Shown here one piece after another: positions 52,325-64,000 of a stretch of DNA of 64,000 bases. The translations under genes and the position numbers were made by a program. Location: assembly GCA_964016885.1 (NCBI GenBank), contig CAXHJY010001609.1:1-64000 (forward strand), read 5' to 3'. Within the stretch, counting starts at the first letter, position 1. Every line of letters begins with the position of its first letter. The DNA comes from Eledone cirrhosa. Taxonomy: Eukaryota. The notes below the pieces were generated by a model. It saw only the letters and a program-made list of their open reading frames with translations. It was not told where the DNA came from and made no database searches.

Positions 52325-52975
52325 GAAGGGAAAACAGAGCCCTGATCCCCTCAGAAAAATCGCCTTGCTCTGTGTGCTAGAAAGGTGTAGGTAGAAATTC
52401 CATTCTCTGTCCAAAATACAAACAATGGGTACATAAGAGATGTAGTGGGATCTCAGGTAAGTTAGCTAAGAATATAGGTTTTACATGTGGCCATTGCACA
52501 GGAGCAGTAAGCAGCAAACATTCACAGGAAGCAACGATTGACTCTCGTCAAATTGGACCGAGGAAACAATGTTTCCATTGGTCTTTCCAATTGCTAATAC
52601 TATCTGTCAGTCACAACTCCAGGTAGGGGAGCAATGTGAAATAAAATGTCTTGCTCAAGGACATAACGCATCACCCGGTCAGTGAATCGAACTCACAACC
52701 TCACGATTGCGAATCCAATTCTCTAACCACTCAGCCACACGCCTTCACAGGAAACAAGCCCTAACAAACTGTTGGTGGGTCACATAGAAGAGGTAGACAG
52801 CTTCTGTTACCTGGGTGATGATATCATCAGTGGAGGGGGGGGGGTTCTGAAAGTAGAGCAGCCTGAGTAAACATGGCATGGAAAAGGTTCAGGATGCTAC
52901 TACCATGGCAACTTACTAAAGGCTTTTTCCTCAAAACAAAGGGCAGGTTGAATAATGCGTGTATATAAACAGTTT
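52325..52975 (+). mobile_element. RTE fragment (PHD region) interrupted by a SINE
   Basis: GVGRNSILCPK..WVHKRCSGISGKL; FCYLGD. Confidence 0.75.
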
Positions 52976-52976
52976 A

Positions 52977-53024
<48 letters not shown>

Positions 53025-53232
53025 CGTCTCTGAATTTGTTTAGCAAGATTCTTTATCTGAAATCGTGTGTTGAAACCGATATTGTTATACTTTGGGAGGG
53101 TCATGTTGCCAATAAGAAACACACGCACCAGTTGCTTTCACTTCAATTCATTATATATTTATAAATTTACAAATTTACAAACTTATAAATTTCTGGTTGG
53201 TTGGTTCCACAACCAGATAGTTGTTTATATAT

Positions 53233-53277
53233 AGTCATAGTCCTTTCGTCACACACTCTGTGACCTCTTCAGTGACT
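53233..53277 (-). ncRNA. Minimal type I hammerhead ribozyme in the Penelope terminal repeat
   Basis: AGTCA-CTGAAGA-G-GTCACA-GAGTG-TGTGAC-GAAA-GGA-CTA-TGACT; perfect stems I and II. Confidence 0.85.
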
Positions 53278-53483
53278 GGGGATTCCTTTCTTTGTTTCTG
53301 TGCCTTTCCTTTCTTCTGTCCTACGCCATTTTGTTTCTGTGTGTGTGTTGTGTGCTCAGTTTGGGCATGCGCCACATCCGGGTGTCTGTGTGTGTTTGTG
53401 TTCATTTATCTATTTGTTTATTTATTTACATGTTGTTGGTTGGTTGTTTGTTCTATGTGTGTGTGTGTGTTTTCATTTTGTCC

Positions 53484-54155
53484 TTAATTGTAAGTTGTGA
53501 TGATGCTGTTCCACTCATATTTTCTATTTAATTTTGGTTGTAATTCTTTTATGCTTACTGCCTCTGTAATTTGCCTAAACATTACATCTTTTCTGTGTGT
53601 GGATTCTATTTTTATTTCTATGTTCTCTAATTTACCCTTGTGTTCTATCTTAGCATGTTGGTAGAGTACAGATGATTCTTTATTATCTTGAAGGTCTCGC
53701 CAGTGTTCATTTATCCGTTCCCCTATACTATGAGCTGTCTCACCTATGTACACTATATTTTTGTTTCTACATTGTCCTTCAGTACATCTTATGCTATACA
53801 CTACATTTCTAGTTTTACAGTTAATATGGGGGCTTATTTTACAGGTTATACATTTCTTATCTATGCATGAGGGTCTTTGGAACGGGTATGTCTTGCTAAT
53901 AAGTGTTTTTACGGAGGTACCTGGTCTTTCCACTATCTTAATATTGAGTTTATGTTTATTTAGGGCCCTTCTAAATTTGTAGGCTAGTTCGCCTCTAGGG
54001 GTTGTATTGATGAACATTACACTCTGGTATTTATTGCTATCATACCATGAGTTTATTCTATTGGCCTTGTTCCTAGTTCTTTCTATTCTATTCCAAAATT
54101 TGCTCCTATACAAGGGGCAGGTCCCATTTATGTCATTATTTACCATTTTTTCCAA
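53484..54155 (-). pseudogene. Penelope-like ORF C-terminus: linker, Cys-rich region, GIY-YIG endonuclease
   Basis: NVVYSIRC..IVYIGET..RINEH..RQITEAVSI..LN. Confidence 0.9.
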
Positions 54156-54317
54156 TTTATAAATTAATAAATATATTTATAAATATATAATAAATTGAAG
54201 TGAAAGCAACTGGTGCGTGTGTTTCTTATTGGCAACATGACCCTCCCAAAGTATAACAATATATATATATATATTTATATATATATAATTGTGTGTATAT
54301 ATATATATATATATACA

Positions 54318-56320
54318 TTAAGACAATGTCACTGGACTGAGATCTTTGGCGTTACTCAGTAATACAGAAGATCCGCCTTGCCTATGTACAAAGCGAAACC
54401 TACAGTCAGTAGGCACTTCTTAACCAAATATACACCCCCATCCCACTATCCAACCCCCACCCCCATCAACACCACCCTATCTCTGTATAGTTATGTTGGT
54501 ACCACAACATCCAGTCCTAAATAAATGAGATTGTGTAGGTGTCACGACAAAAAAACACACAGTCCACGCTGTAATGTGGCCTTGTAGGTAACATGGTAAA
54601 AACCTCCCAGTCCACACTGTAAACGTGGTTGGTGTTAGGAAGGATATCCAGCCATAGAAAACCTGCCATCTAGTCCTATACAAGTGAGATACAGTCACCC
54701 GACCAATCTTTCCCTCCAGTGGGACAATTCCCATCTAAACCCATGCCAGCGTGGAAGGTAGACGTTAAACGATGATGATGATGACAAGCAATATATATAA
54801 TCTAAGTAGAATGGTATAATGAAAGCATATAATGTAGGTACAGCAGTATTCTTATAAATTGCTACAAAGGTAAAGGGGATGCTCTAGAGAGGAGCAATTA
54901 GAGGGGCATAAAGCTGATGGATCAGGTTATGAAAGTGGCAGAGAGAATATTAGCGCAGCTAATTAGAGAAAGGGTCAATTTAGATGAGATGCAGTTTGGT
55001 TTTGTGCCTCGGTAAAAGTACAACAGAAACCCTCTTCATAGTGAGGCAACTACAAGAGAGGTTCTTAGAGAAGAATAAGTCACTATACATATCTTTTGTT
55101 GACCTAGAGAGGGCCTTTGATAGGGTACCCTGATCTGTCATCTGGTGGTCCCTAAGGAAACTAGGTGTAGAGGAATGGCTTGTGAGGACAGTGCTAGCTA
55201 TGTACAGGGGTGCTGTCAGTAAAGTGAGGGTAGGAATGGAGTTTAGTGAGGAATTCCAGATACAAGTAGGTGTACGTCAAGGTTCGGTCCTCAGCCCACT
55301 CTTGTTCGTTATAGGCCTAAAAGCCATAACAGAGGAGTTTAAGACTGGATGCCCATGGGAACTTCTCTATGCTGATGATCTGGTTCTTATAGCAGAATCA
55401 GTGAATCAGTAGAGGGGTTAGAGAATAAATTCTGGCTATGGAAACAGCAGTTGGAATCAAGAGGCCTGAGAATGAACATAGCTTAAACAAAAGTGTTGAT
55501 GAGTAGAAAAGAGGACAAAACTATGATTCCATCGTGGAAATGGCCATGTTCGATATGTGGGAAAGGAACTGGCATAAATTCCATAAAATGTACGCAATGT
55601 AGATGTTGGGTACACAAGAGATGTAGTGGGATAGCAGGCAAACCAACAGGTAGGGATAACTATGTATGCAGTAGATGTATAGGGAAAGTTGGCAGTAGTA
55701 ATCGCAGTGATAAACACATTTTTCAAATACAGGTGGGTTCTAGAGATATGGTTGATAGCTTCCGGTACCTAGGTGATCAGAATATCATGGGAGGGGTGTT
55801 CCGAGGCCATAGTATCTAGAATAAGGACGAGTTGGAAGAAGTCTAGGGAGCTGCTTTCTCTGTTGACAAAGAAGAGTTTGTCCCTGCATACGAAAGGATG
55901 GTTATATGATGCCGATGTGCGATGCTGCATGGTAGTAAGACATGGGCAGCAACTGCAAAGGATATGTGACGGCTGGAGAGAAGCAAGCATGCTCCGTTGG
56001 ATGTGCAATGTCAATGTGTGTGAACGACCAAGCATAGACGAGTTGAGAAAGAAACTGGGTATAAGAGGGATAGGTTGTGGTGTGCAGGAGAGAAGACTGA
56101 GATGGTATAGACATGTGACCACTGGGTAAAGAAGTGCCAAATAATCCCAGTAGTAGGAAGACGCATAAGAGATAGACCATGTAAAACATGGGCGGAGGTG
56201 GTGAGAGAAGACCTCAGATCGGTGAAACTCACCAAGGAGATGACAAGTGGAGAGATGCTGTGCTGAATAGGACCCGTCCCACCCTTGCAAGCAGGGAAAA
56301 ACAGACGTAAAATGATGATA
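54318..56320 (+). mobile_element. Two adjacent RTE fragments (3' end at 54318-54785; RT-PHD-3' end at 54850-56320)
   Basis: GVRQGSVLSP, YADDL, WPCSIC..CTQC..HKRC..CSRC, GAT tails. Confidence 0.88.
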
Positions 56321-56467
56321 TATATATACTAGTATTCAAGATAACATTGTTAGAACACATTGCAGCCTTGAAGAGATGGTTTCAACAAGATTGGGTGATG
56401 AAAGTTATAGTTTTTGTAGTAGGATCTCATCACATAAGGTTCCTTCAAAGATTCTTCTAGAGTTACA

Positions 56468-56785
56468 GAGTCATTTATATATATGTGTGTGTTTTGAACA
56501 ATAAAAATAAAACTAGAGACAAAGATATGTTCTTAATTAGTTCATTGTTTTACGATCATTTCAGAGGTTTGATTGATCATGGTAGATTGATATATTGACA
56601 AACAGGTAGTTGTTATGTCACTAACTATTTCTAGTCTCAAAATCCCTGATCAATCACACTGTATCAATATATTGATTTACCATGATCAATCAACCCTCTG
56701 AAACGATTGTAAAACAATGAATCATATCTCAGACTTTTGTTTTATTTTCAATGTTCAATACCCACAAACACACATATAATTGACA
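56468..56785. repeat. Imperfect inverted repeat (~130-bp arms)
   Basis: TTCATTGTTTTACGATCATTTCAGAGG.. inverted at ..CCTCTGAAACGATTGTAAAACAATGAA. Confidence 0.75.
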
Positions 56786-56799
56786 ATTTCTTTGGAATA

Positions 56800-58407
56800 A
56801 TTGATAAGACTTGTGGCTGGAACAAAGTACCAGCCAGACAGAGGGTGACCTAGTGGTGAAACAGCACAGTAGATAGAGCTATTAACCATGTAGCATTTAC
56901 ATTACTCTATATTTACTATTATATTTTCATGGTAAAGTCTTTATCTCACATAATATTGAATCTATGAGACTTTGATATTACTTATTTTGAGGACAATACA
57001 TTAACATCAATATGAGCAGCGAGTTACAGCCGGTTTGAACAGAAGGTGAGAGAATTTTGGCTGGATATGGCCAGTTTAAATGATAAAGGGTTAAAGACAA
57101 GTGACAGGCATGGAAAGACTGGAAAAATAGGGGCGTCAGACCAGGGCCAGGTAGCTAAGAGAGAAGCTAGAAGACAGGTATACATAACACAGAGAGAGGC
57201 TGAAAAAAGAAAGTTTACCAACGTATTGAGACATGAGAATGAGAGGTGTGAAGTGTTCCACATTGCAAGACAGGGAAAGGTGTGTTAGAAATGACATTGG
57301 TACACTCAGCACCACTGATGCTCAAAAGAAAGAGGCCTGGAAATGTTACTATGAGAGATTGATGAATGTAGAGAATAAATTAAGAAGCAATCTTAGACTT
57401 TTGTTTTATGTTCATTGTTCAACACACACACACATATAATTGACATTCTCTTTGGAATTACTGATGAAACTTGTTAGTGACACAACTACAAGAGAGGTTC
57501 CTAGCCAAGATTAAGCTGCAATATTTAGCTTTTATAGATCTAGAAAAGGCCTTTGACAGAGTACCTTACTCTATTATCTGGTGGTCCTTCAGAAAATTAG
57601 GTGGAGAATGGCTTTTGAGAACAGTGCAAGCCATGTACAGAGGAGCTGTCAGTAAAGTGAGAGTAGGAAGGGAGTTTAGTGAAGAATTCAATGTACAGGT
57701 AGGTGTTCATCATGGTTCAGTTCACAACCCACTGCTGTTCATCATAGTTCTCCAGGCCATAACCAATGAGTTTAAGACTGGCTCTTCACGGGAAACAGTC
57801 TATGTGAATGATCTGGTCCTTATAGCTGAATCCATAAAAGAACTAGAGAATAAGCGACCCTACTGCATATGTAGGAAAGAAGTAGGCATAAACTGTACAC
57901 AATGATAGCTTCTGCTATCTAGGTAACCTAATTAGCAGCAGAGGAGGGTGCCTCGTAAGAGAGGATAGGATTGTAGTTTAGAGAGCTACTTACACTGTTG
58001 GCAAATACAGGTTTCTCCCTACGTACAAAGATGTTGGCTGTACAATGCTTGTGTGTAAAGTGCAATACTGCATGGAAGTGAAATATGGGCAGTAACTGCA
58101 GAAGACATGCATAAGCTGGAGAGAAATGGAGCAACCATGCTTCGTTGGGTGTGCAACATAAATGTGAGAGGAAGGCAGAGCTTGGATAAAATGAGGAAGT
58201 AATTGGTAATCACTGGTTAAAGAAGTGCCACGGAAAACCAGAGAAGGGAAGCCATACTAGAAGGAGACCAGGGTAGATGTGGTGAGAGCTGATCTCAAAT
58301 TGCTGAGACTCACAGATGACAAAGGAACAAGCAAGTGGGGAGATGTGCTTAAAAGGAACCACCAACCCATGCCAGGATTGAAAAACGGACGTAAAACGAT
58401 GATGATG
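56800..58407 (+). mobile_element. Degenerate RTE fragments interrupted by a TTAA MITE (56886-57090)
   Basis: RTE sequence is contiguous across the TTAA-flanked insertion; DLEKAFD and GVHHGS motifs. Confidence 0.8.
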
Positions 58408-58415
58408 GTGTAGAT

Positions 58416-59218
58416 CAAAGGTTCTCAATGGGGGGGCATATGCACAGCGAGTAGAACACACATCCAGGACCACATACAACACATAATCAGATAATACACA
58501 CATCTAGGACCACATACAACACATAATCAGATAATACACACATCTAGGACCACATACAACACATAATCAGATAATACACACATCTAGGACTACATACAAC
58601 ACATAATCAGATAATACACACATCTAGGACCACATACAACACATTATCAGATAATACACACATCTAGGACTACATACAACACATAATCAGATAATACACA
58701 CATCTAGGACCACATACAACACATAATCAGATAATACACACATCTAGGACTACATACAACACATAATCAGATAATACACACATCTAGGACCACATACAAC
58801 ACACAATCAGATAATACACACATCTAGGACCACATACAACACATTATCAGATAATACACACATCTAGGACCACATACAACACATAATCAGATAATACACA
58901 CATCTAGGACCACATACAACACATAATCAGATAATACACACATCTAGGACCACATACAACACATAATCAGATAATACACACGTCTAGGACCACATACAAC
59001 ACATAATCAGATAATACACACATCTAGGACCACATACAACACATAATCAGATAATACACACGTGTTTGGAATATTGTTAATCAATTTTTTAGTAAACTAC
59101 TGATATAAAAATCAGTAGTATATTGAAAAATTGAAAAAATGGGGGGGGGGGGCGTTTCATGAATTCTAGGGACAAAGGGGGAGGGGGGCGTTTGGCCTAA
59201 ATGGGTTGAGAACCTGTG
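58416..59218. mobile_element. hAT (Charlie-like) non-autonomous element carrying a 40-bp tandem array (~58455-59062)
   Basis: TIRs CAAAGGTTCTCAA / TTGAGAACCTGTG; 8-bp TSD GTGTAGAT; ~15 copies of CATCTAGGACCACATACAACACATAATCAGATAATACACA. Confidence 0.9.
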
Positions 59219-59623
59219 GTGTAGATGAAGTAAATTAAATCAAGATAGATTTAGACTAGAACGAACAAAACTTCCCTGAAACAACAAGGTACAGCTAAAT
59301 ATAAACTATATTTTATAATGTAAGGTAATGAACCACATAATTAAATAGACGGAGGTAATTTAAATAATAAATATATCTTTAATTTATTTAAAGCAATAAC
59401 AAGGTACAGTTAAATATAAAATATATTTTATAATGTAAGGTAGTGAACAAGATAATTAAATATACGGAGATAATTTAAATAATAAAGACAGTCATGATAA
59501 CAATATATTTTATATCACATGTAACAGTGGAATCTGGTTAATTACTGGGTCGTTGTGGGGTTCACATAATTATATTATTTACACACATTAATATAGACAT
59601 TAAGTAAATCTTTGTCAACTTAC

Positions 59624-59822
59624 CTCCTTCACATATAATCAATGTGTTGTGTTGTTAGTTGTTACTAAACAACCAAAGAAATAATCTCTTTGTTATCAAA
59701 TTAGAAGTTTCAATGTTATCAGCTTTATTTCACGACATTAACGTTGGTGTATCTTCTTCATCTTTAGTCATAAATTGATATCTTGTCAGAATGAAGTAGT
59801 GAGGCTGACTTTATGTCTTTAG
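59624..59822 (-). other. 199-nt non-coding 5' exon of ZNF gene C
   Basis: Same splice signals and length as in the other two units. Confidence 0.7.
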
Positions 59823-60426
59823 CTACAGATTTGATAGGACATATATATATATTAGGTTGATATGTGGTCTAAAATATATATATTGTCTATAAATGACTGA
59901 TAGCAGATGTTCTGGTGAAATAGTAGTTTTACTACTACAGATTGTAATGGAACTCTTAGTAGACACAATTGTAAAGTAAGAATAGATATGACAGTGTAAG
60001 ACTGATGTCGGGGAATTAAAATTGTGTATATATATATATATATATATATAATTGTTACACAAGATATAATTAGATTAATTAAAGTTATAGTAAACAGCAA
60101 GTACACGGTGTCGTTGGAAATGATTTAACTCCCTTACCGGTGTCATACGTTAACAGTCCCTGATATAATTTAATGTATTAAGACACACTTCCAATCGTAT
60201 TTAATTCATTGTATGTCAGAAAGTATAACTCAGTAAAATATCAATTATACATCAATAAGAAAACCTCTACGTCGTCTCTCTACCTGCTAGAAATAGCTGT
60301 GATATTATCCATTACAACTTAGTTTTTTGTTTAAAATCTCCAAAGTTTAGTTATACAATCAACAGTAAATCTTTTATACAGACTTCGGAATAAACTGGAA
60401 GACCGTCAGAATATCATTCTCCCTGT

Positions 60427-60460
<34 letters not shown>

Positions 60461-60823
60461 CATTTAGGTTTGTTGGCTCACCACTGGATAGAACTGGTCA
60501 TTCCGTATAGTCAACCTTGATGTAATATTAGGGAGAGCACCCGACGTAATTCTATATTTCAGGTTATTGTTATCATGACTGTCTTTATTATTTGGTCTGA
60601 GAGTCGGCCCTTGTGGCCAATAAATGGAATCATTATTTGGTCTGAGTTCAAATCCTGCCGAGGTTAACTTTGCCTTTCATCCTTACGCGGTCGATAAAAT
60701 AAAGTACCAGTCACGCACTGAGGTCGATTTAATCGACTTTCCCCTCCCCCCAAATTGCAGGCCTTGTGCCTAAATAAGAAACCATTATAACTTTAATTAA
60801 TCTAATTATATCTCTTGTGTAAC

Positions 60824-60897
<74 letters not shown>

Positions 60898-60905
60898 TAA
60901 AATAA

Positions 60906-60979
60906 CAAATTAAAGTTTAAGCAAAGAATCGCTGCTTTCACCCTTAACGGGATCTTCTGAAACTAACAAAGTCAATCTG
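60906..60979 (-). ncRNA. Second copy of the variant hammerhead-like fold
   Basis: Same CAGAAGA core and stems as 30679-30754; a distal stem change retains a G-U pair. Confidence 0.5.
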
Positions 60980-61126
60980 TAAACGCAGAACTGGATATTT
61001 CAAAAAACGTTGCAACCGGAGGAAGACAGGAAGACGATACACACAATTTTCTCTCCCCGACATCAGTCTTACACTGTCATATCTATTCTTACTTTACAAT
61101 TGTGTCTACTAAGAGTTCCATTACAA

Positions 61127-63826
61127 GGACTCCAATCGAGCCAGTGACTGGGAGCGGCTGTTCTATTTCGCCCCATTCGCCCTCGGCCTCCCCAGCTCTG
61201 GCGCTGACCGGTTAACAGCAGCCTTCGTCAAGGCCAATGTCTCGTCATTTGGGCGAGCGCCCATTCTAAGCGTGCCCAGGGACGCCACACACCCCAACCT
61301 CAGCTACCCCCTCTCCTCCACCCCCGAGGCCAGCGCCAAGCGTTTGCGTGACCAGGTAAACGCAAATCTTATCATGGGTGATGTCTCGGCCGCAATCAGA
61401 GTTGTTGCCTCAGAGGACACTGTCCTCGAACCCACCGAGGAAGTCCTGGCTGCTCTGCGGCTCAAACACCCTGAGCCACCCACTGCTCTCAGACCTATAC
61501 CCCCACCCGACCCCCACGTGCTCCTTGTGGCTACTGATGCAGATATCATGCCCGCCGTCAGGTCCTTCCCAGCTAGCAGCTGCGGAGGTGTTGATGGTCT
61601 CCGACCAGGCCACCTCAGGGAGTTGACATCCCCCCTCTCTGCTGAGGCCGGGCGCCGCCGTTCTGAATGCAATTGTGACGCTCACCAATAGGCTCATTCA
61701 TGGTGCTCTCGACCCTTACGCCCGAGGCCTTTTTTTTCAGCCAGACTCACCGCTCTCAGGAAGAAAGAGGGTGGCATACGCCCCATTGCTGTGGGCAATG
61801 TCTTCCGGAGGCTGGCTGCCAAGGTGATCTGCAAGTCCGTAACACTCGAACTTGGTGAGGAGTTTATTCCGGTGCAACTGGGTGTCGGCGTGTCCGGTGG
61901 CTGTGAGGGAGCCTCTCATGCAACCAGGCAGTTCTTCAGCAGCTGCCCATCGGTACCGGCATCCAGGGACTCCAGGCACCTCGTTGTCAAGCTTGACATG
62001 AGGAATGCCTTCAACTCTTTACGCAGGGATCATCTGCTCGAGGCCTGCCTCAGCGGAGCCCCCTCTGCCTAGCTCCTGGCCTACCTGTCATATGGAGCCC
62101 CGAGCATGCTCCTAGCTGCTGATACGGTTATACTCTCGGCTACTGGGGGTCCAACAGGGCGACCCTTTGGGACCCCTCCTGTTCGCCCTTGGTGTTGACC
62201 ACATCGCCCGGAGTATCACCGCCCCTCTCAACGTTTGGTATCTGGATGATGCTACGTTGGGCGGGCCCGTACGGACGGTCTGCCAAGACCTTCAATTGGT
62301 GATTCCTGCCCTGGCGGGAATCGGCCTCCAGGTCAACTCGGCTAAATCGGAGGTGGTGAACGTCAGCCTCGATGCTGGGAGCTTTGCAGCCTCTGTCTTG
62401 GACGTGCGGTCCATTCTCCCCCAGGTTCAGGTGACCCCCTAAAGAGGATGTCCTCATCCTCGGGTCACCGATCCATCCGCCGGCCATCCGCTGCACCATC
62501 AGGTCCAGGCTTCAAAAGTTCCAGACTCTCACGAGCCAACTGGGCTTGATTGACGGCCACCCAGCTCTCTTTCTGCTGAGGAACTGCTTCGCCATGCCGA
62601 AGCCCCTCTATACACTCCGCAGCGCTCCATGATACACCCAGACATCTCTCCTCGCTGACCTCGATACTTGTATGCGAGCAGCAGCCGGGGGGATATGCAC
62701 CGTCAAGTTTGACGACATAGGGTGGCAACAGGCCACTTTACCGCTCAGGTATGGCAGCCTTCGCCTCCAGTCCCCGATCTCACTAGCTTTGCCGGCGTAT
62801 CTTTCGTCGGTAACCTCGTGCCGCGTCCTCGTCAGCAGAGTTCTTCAAAACACAACAGAACCCTATGTGTTCAGAGAACGTGTGGCCGCCTGTGAGACGT
62901 GGGACCGGCTGGGACTTAGCCCAGTAGACGTCCCTCCTCCTTCTTCTCCTGTTGACGTCAAGTCCCCCAATGCACATGGGATGCCATCCAGTGCAGCTTG
63001 GCCTCAGACAGGCTCACGCGCCAGCTCGACCAGCACCGCCTTGCTTGTTTTCGTGCGGCCTCCAAACCCCACAGTGGTGCCTGGCTCCATGCTCTGCCTT
63101 CCTTCTCCACTGGCACGCAGCTAGACAACCATAGCCTGCGATTCGGCGTTTCCCTGAGGCTCGGCCTCTGGATCTGCCAGCCACACCAATGTAGCTGCGG
63201 TTCCACCGTGAACTCTTTCGGCCTCCACCCGCTTTCCAGTCGCCACAGTGCCGGCCGCATTCCACGCCATGCTGCCCTCAACAAGGTTATTAAGCGTGGC
63301 TTGGACGCTGCAGGCTTCCCTTCCCAGCTCGAACCGGTGGGGCTGGATCGAGGGGACGTCAAAAGGCCAGATGGCATGACCATCTTCCCGTTGCGCGGTG
63401 GCAAACTCCTCGTCTGGGATCCACTTGCACCGACACTTTCTGCAGCCGCAACCTGGTGCAGTCTGCGACTGACCCAGGTTCTGCTGCATGTCGGGCTGAG
63501 GGGGCCAAACTCCTCAAATACCGGTCGCTCTCCGACAGGTTTGTAGTCGTACCCCTGGAAGTGGAAACTTCTGGTGTCCTCGGCTCCAGGGCTACCTCCT
63601 TACTCACCACCATAGGCGCTGAGGTGGCCAGCCGTAGGTGTGAGCCCCACGAGTTGGAGTGGCTTTTCCAGCGCGTCTCCCTTGCCGTCCTCCAGGGAAA
63701 CGCCTTCTCCATTCTGTCCGCCGGGGCTGTGGGTGGGCCCCATCACGTACCAATACATTAGTTAAATTCCATTCTTTCATCTGATACAACACAATAAAAC
63801 CGCTACAATATTAAACAAAAAAAAAA
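61127..63826 (+). mobile_element. 5'-truncated, disrupted CRE-clade non-LTR retrotransposon (RT, zinc knuckle, restriction-like endonuclease)
   Basis: GVDGLRPGHL, RPIAVGNVFRRL, QLGVG..GCE, KLDMRNAFNSL, QQGDPLGP, WYLDD, CSCG..H..RH, RPDG..VWD, KLLKY, VPLEVETSG; A-rich tail; several frameshifts and stops. Confidence 0.88.
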
Positions 63827-64000
63827 GTTTATTCAAATGGAATTAAGTGTAATTTAATAGGAAATAAGACGCTAGAGCAGCGAATGTTTACATAAAATAA
63901 AAGAACAACAAACAAGATGGCGACACGACAGGGAAATTTTTGTTTTTTTCTCAATATAAGCTTTATTTTAGCGCGGTTTGCCTTGTTGCCCGGGTTGTTC

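Larger units (their letters stand above)
53022..54260 (-). mobile_element. 5'-truncated Penelope-like element with partial inverted terminal repeat
   Basis: GIY-YIG ORF, downstream terminal repeat with hammerhead, and 54170-54260 = inverted copy of 53080-53165. Confidence 0.92.

Noticed and set aside
63913-63922. YY1-like CAAGATGGCG promoter motif
   Set aside because: Single short motif at the window edge with no supporting context

Overview
Eukaryotic, AT-rich, repeat-dense animal DNA. The tandem C2H2 zinc-finger genes, RTE LINEs with (GAT)n tails and tRNA-derived SINEs strongly suggest an octopus or other cephalopod genome (inference). The backbone is a tandem cluster of minus-strand C2H2 zinc-finger gene units at about 16-17 kb spacing. 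Each complete unit has a conserved 199-nt non-coding 5' exon and one large coding exon. The finger arrays lie at 18.5-19.9, 34.3-34.9, 37.2-38.5 and 50.6-51.5 kb, and all carry frameshifts. The cluster appears to have grown by segmental duplication and unequal crossing-over. It is densely filled with transposable elements: a near full-length RTE LINE with a PHD finger inside its RT plus many fragments; Penelope-like remnants with at least five hammerhead-ribozyme motifs, including a non-canonical variant; a young non-coding LTR retroelement with a tRNA-Trp PBS; a GC-rich CRE-clade non-LTR element; mariner, maT (DD37D), pogo, hAT, piggyBac-like and Helitron pieces; two SINE types; and several minisatellites. 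The most unusual signal is a 620-bp fold-back DNA transposon whose two arms each carry a perfect histone-mRNA 3' stem-loop. Most ORFs in the supplied track are microsatellite or antisense artefacts. Boundaries of degenerate repeats are approximate.
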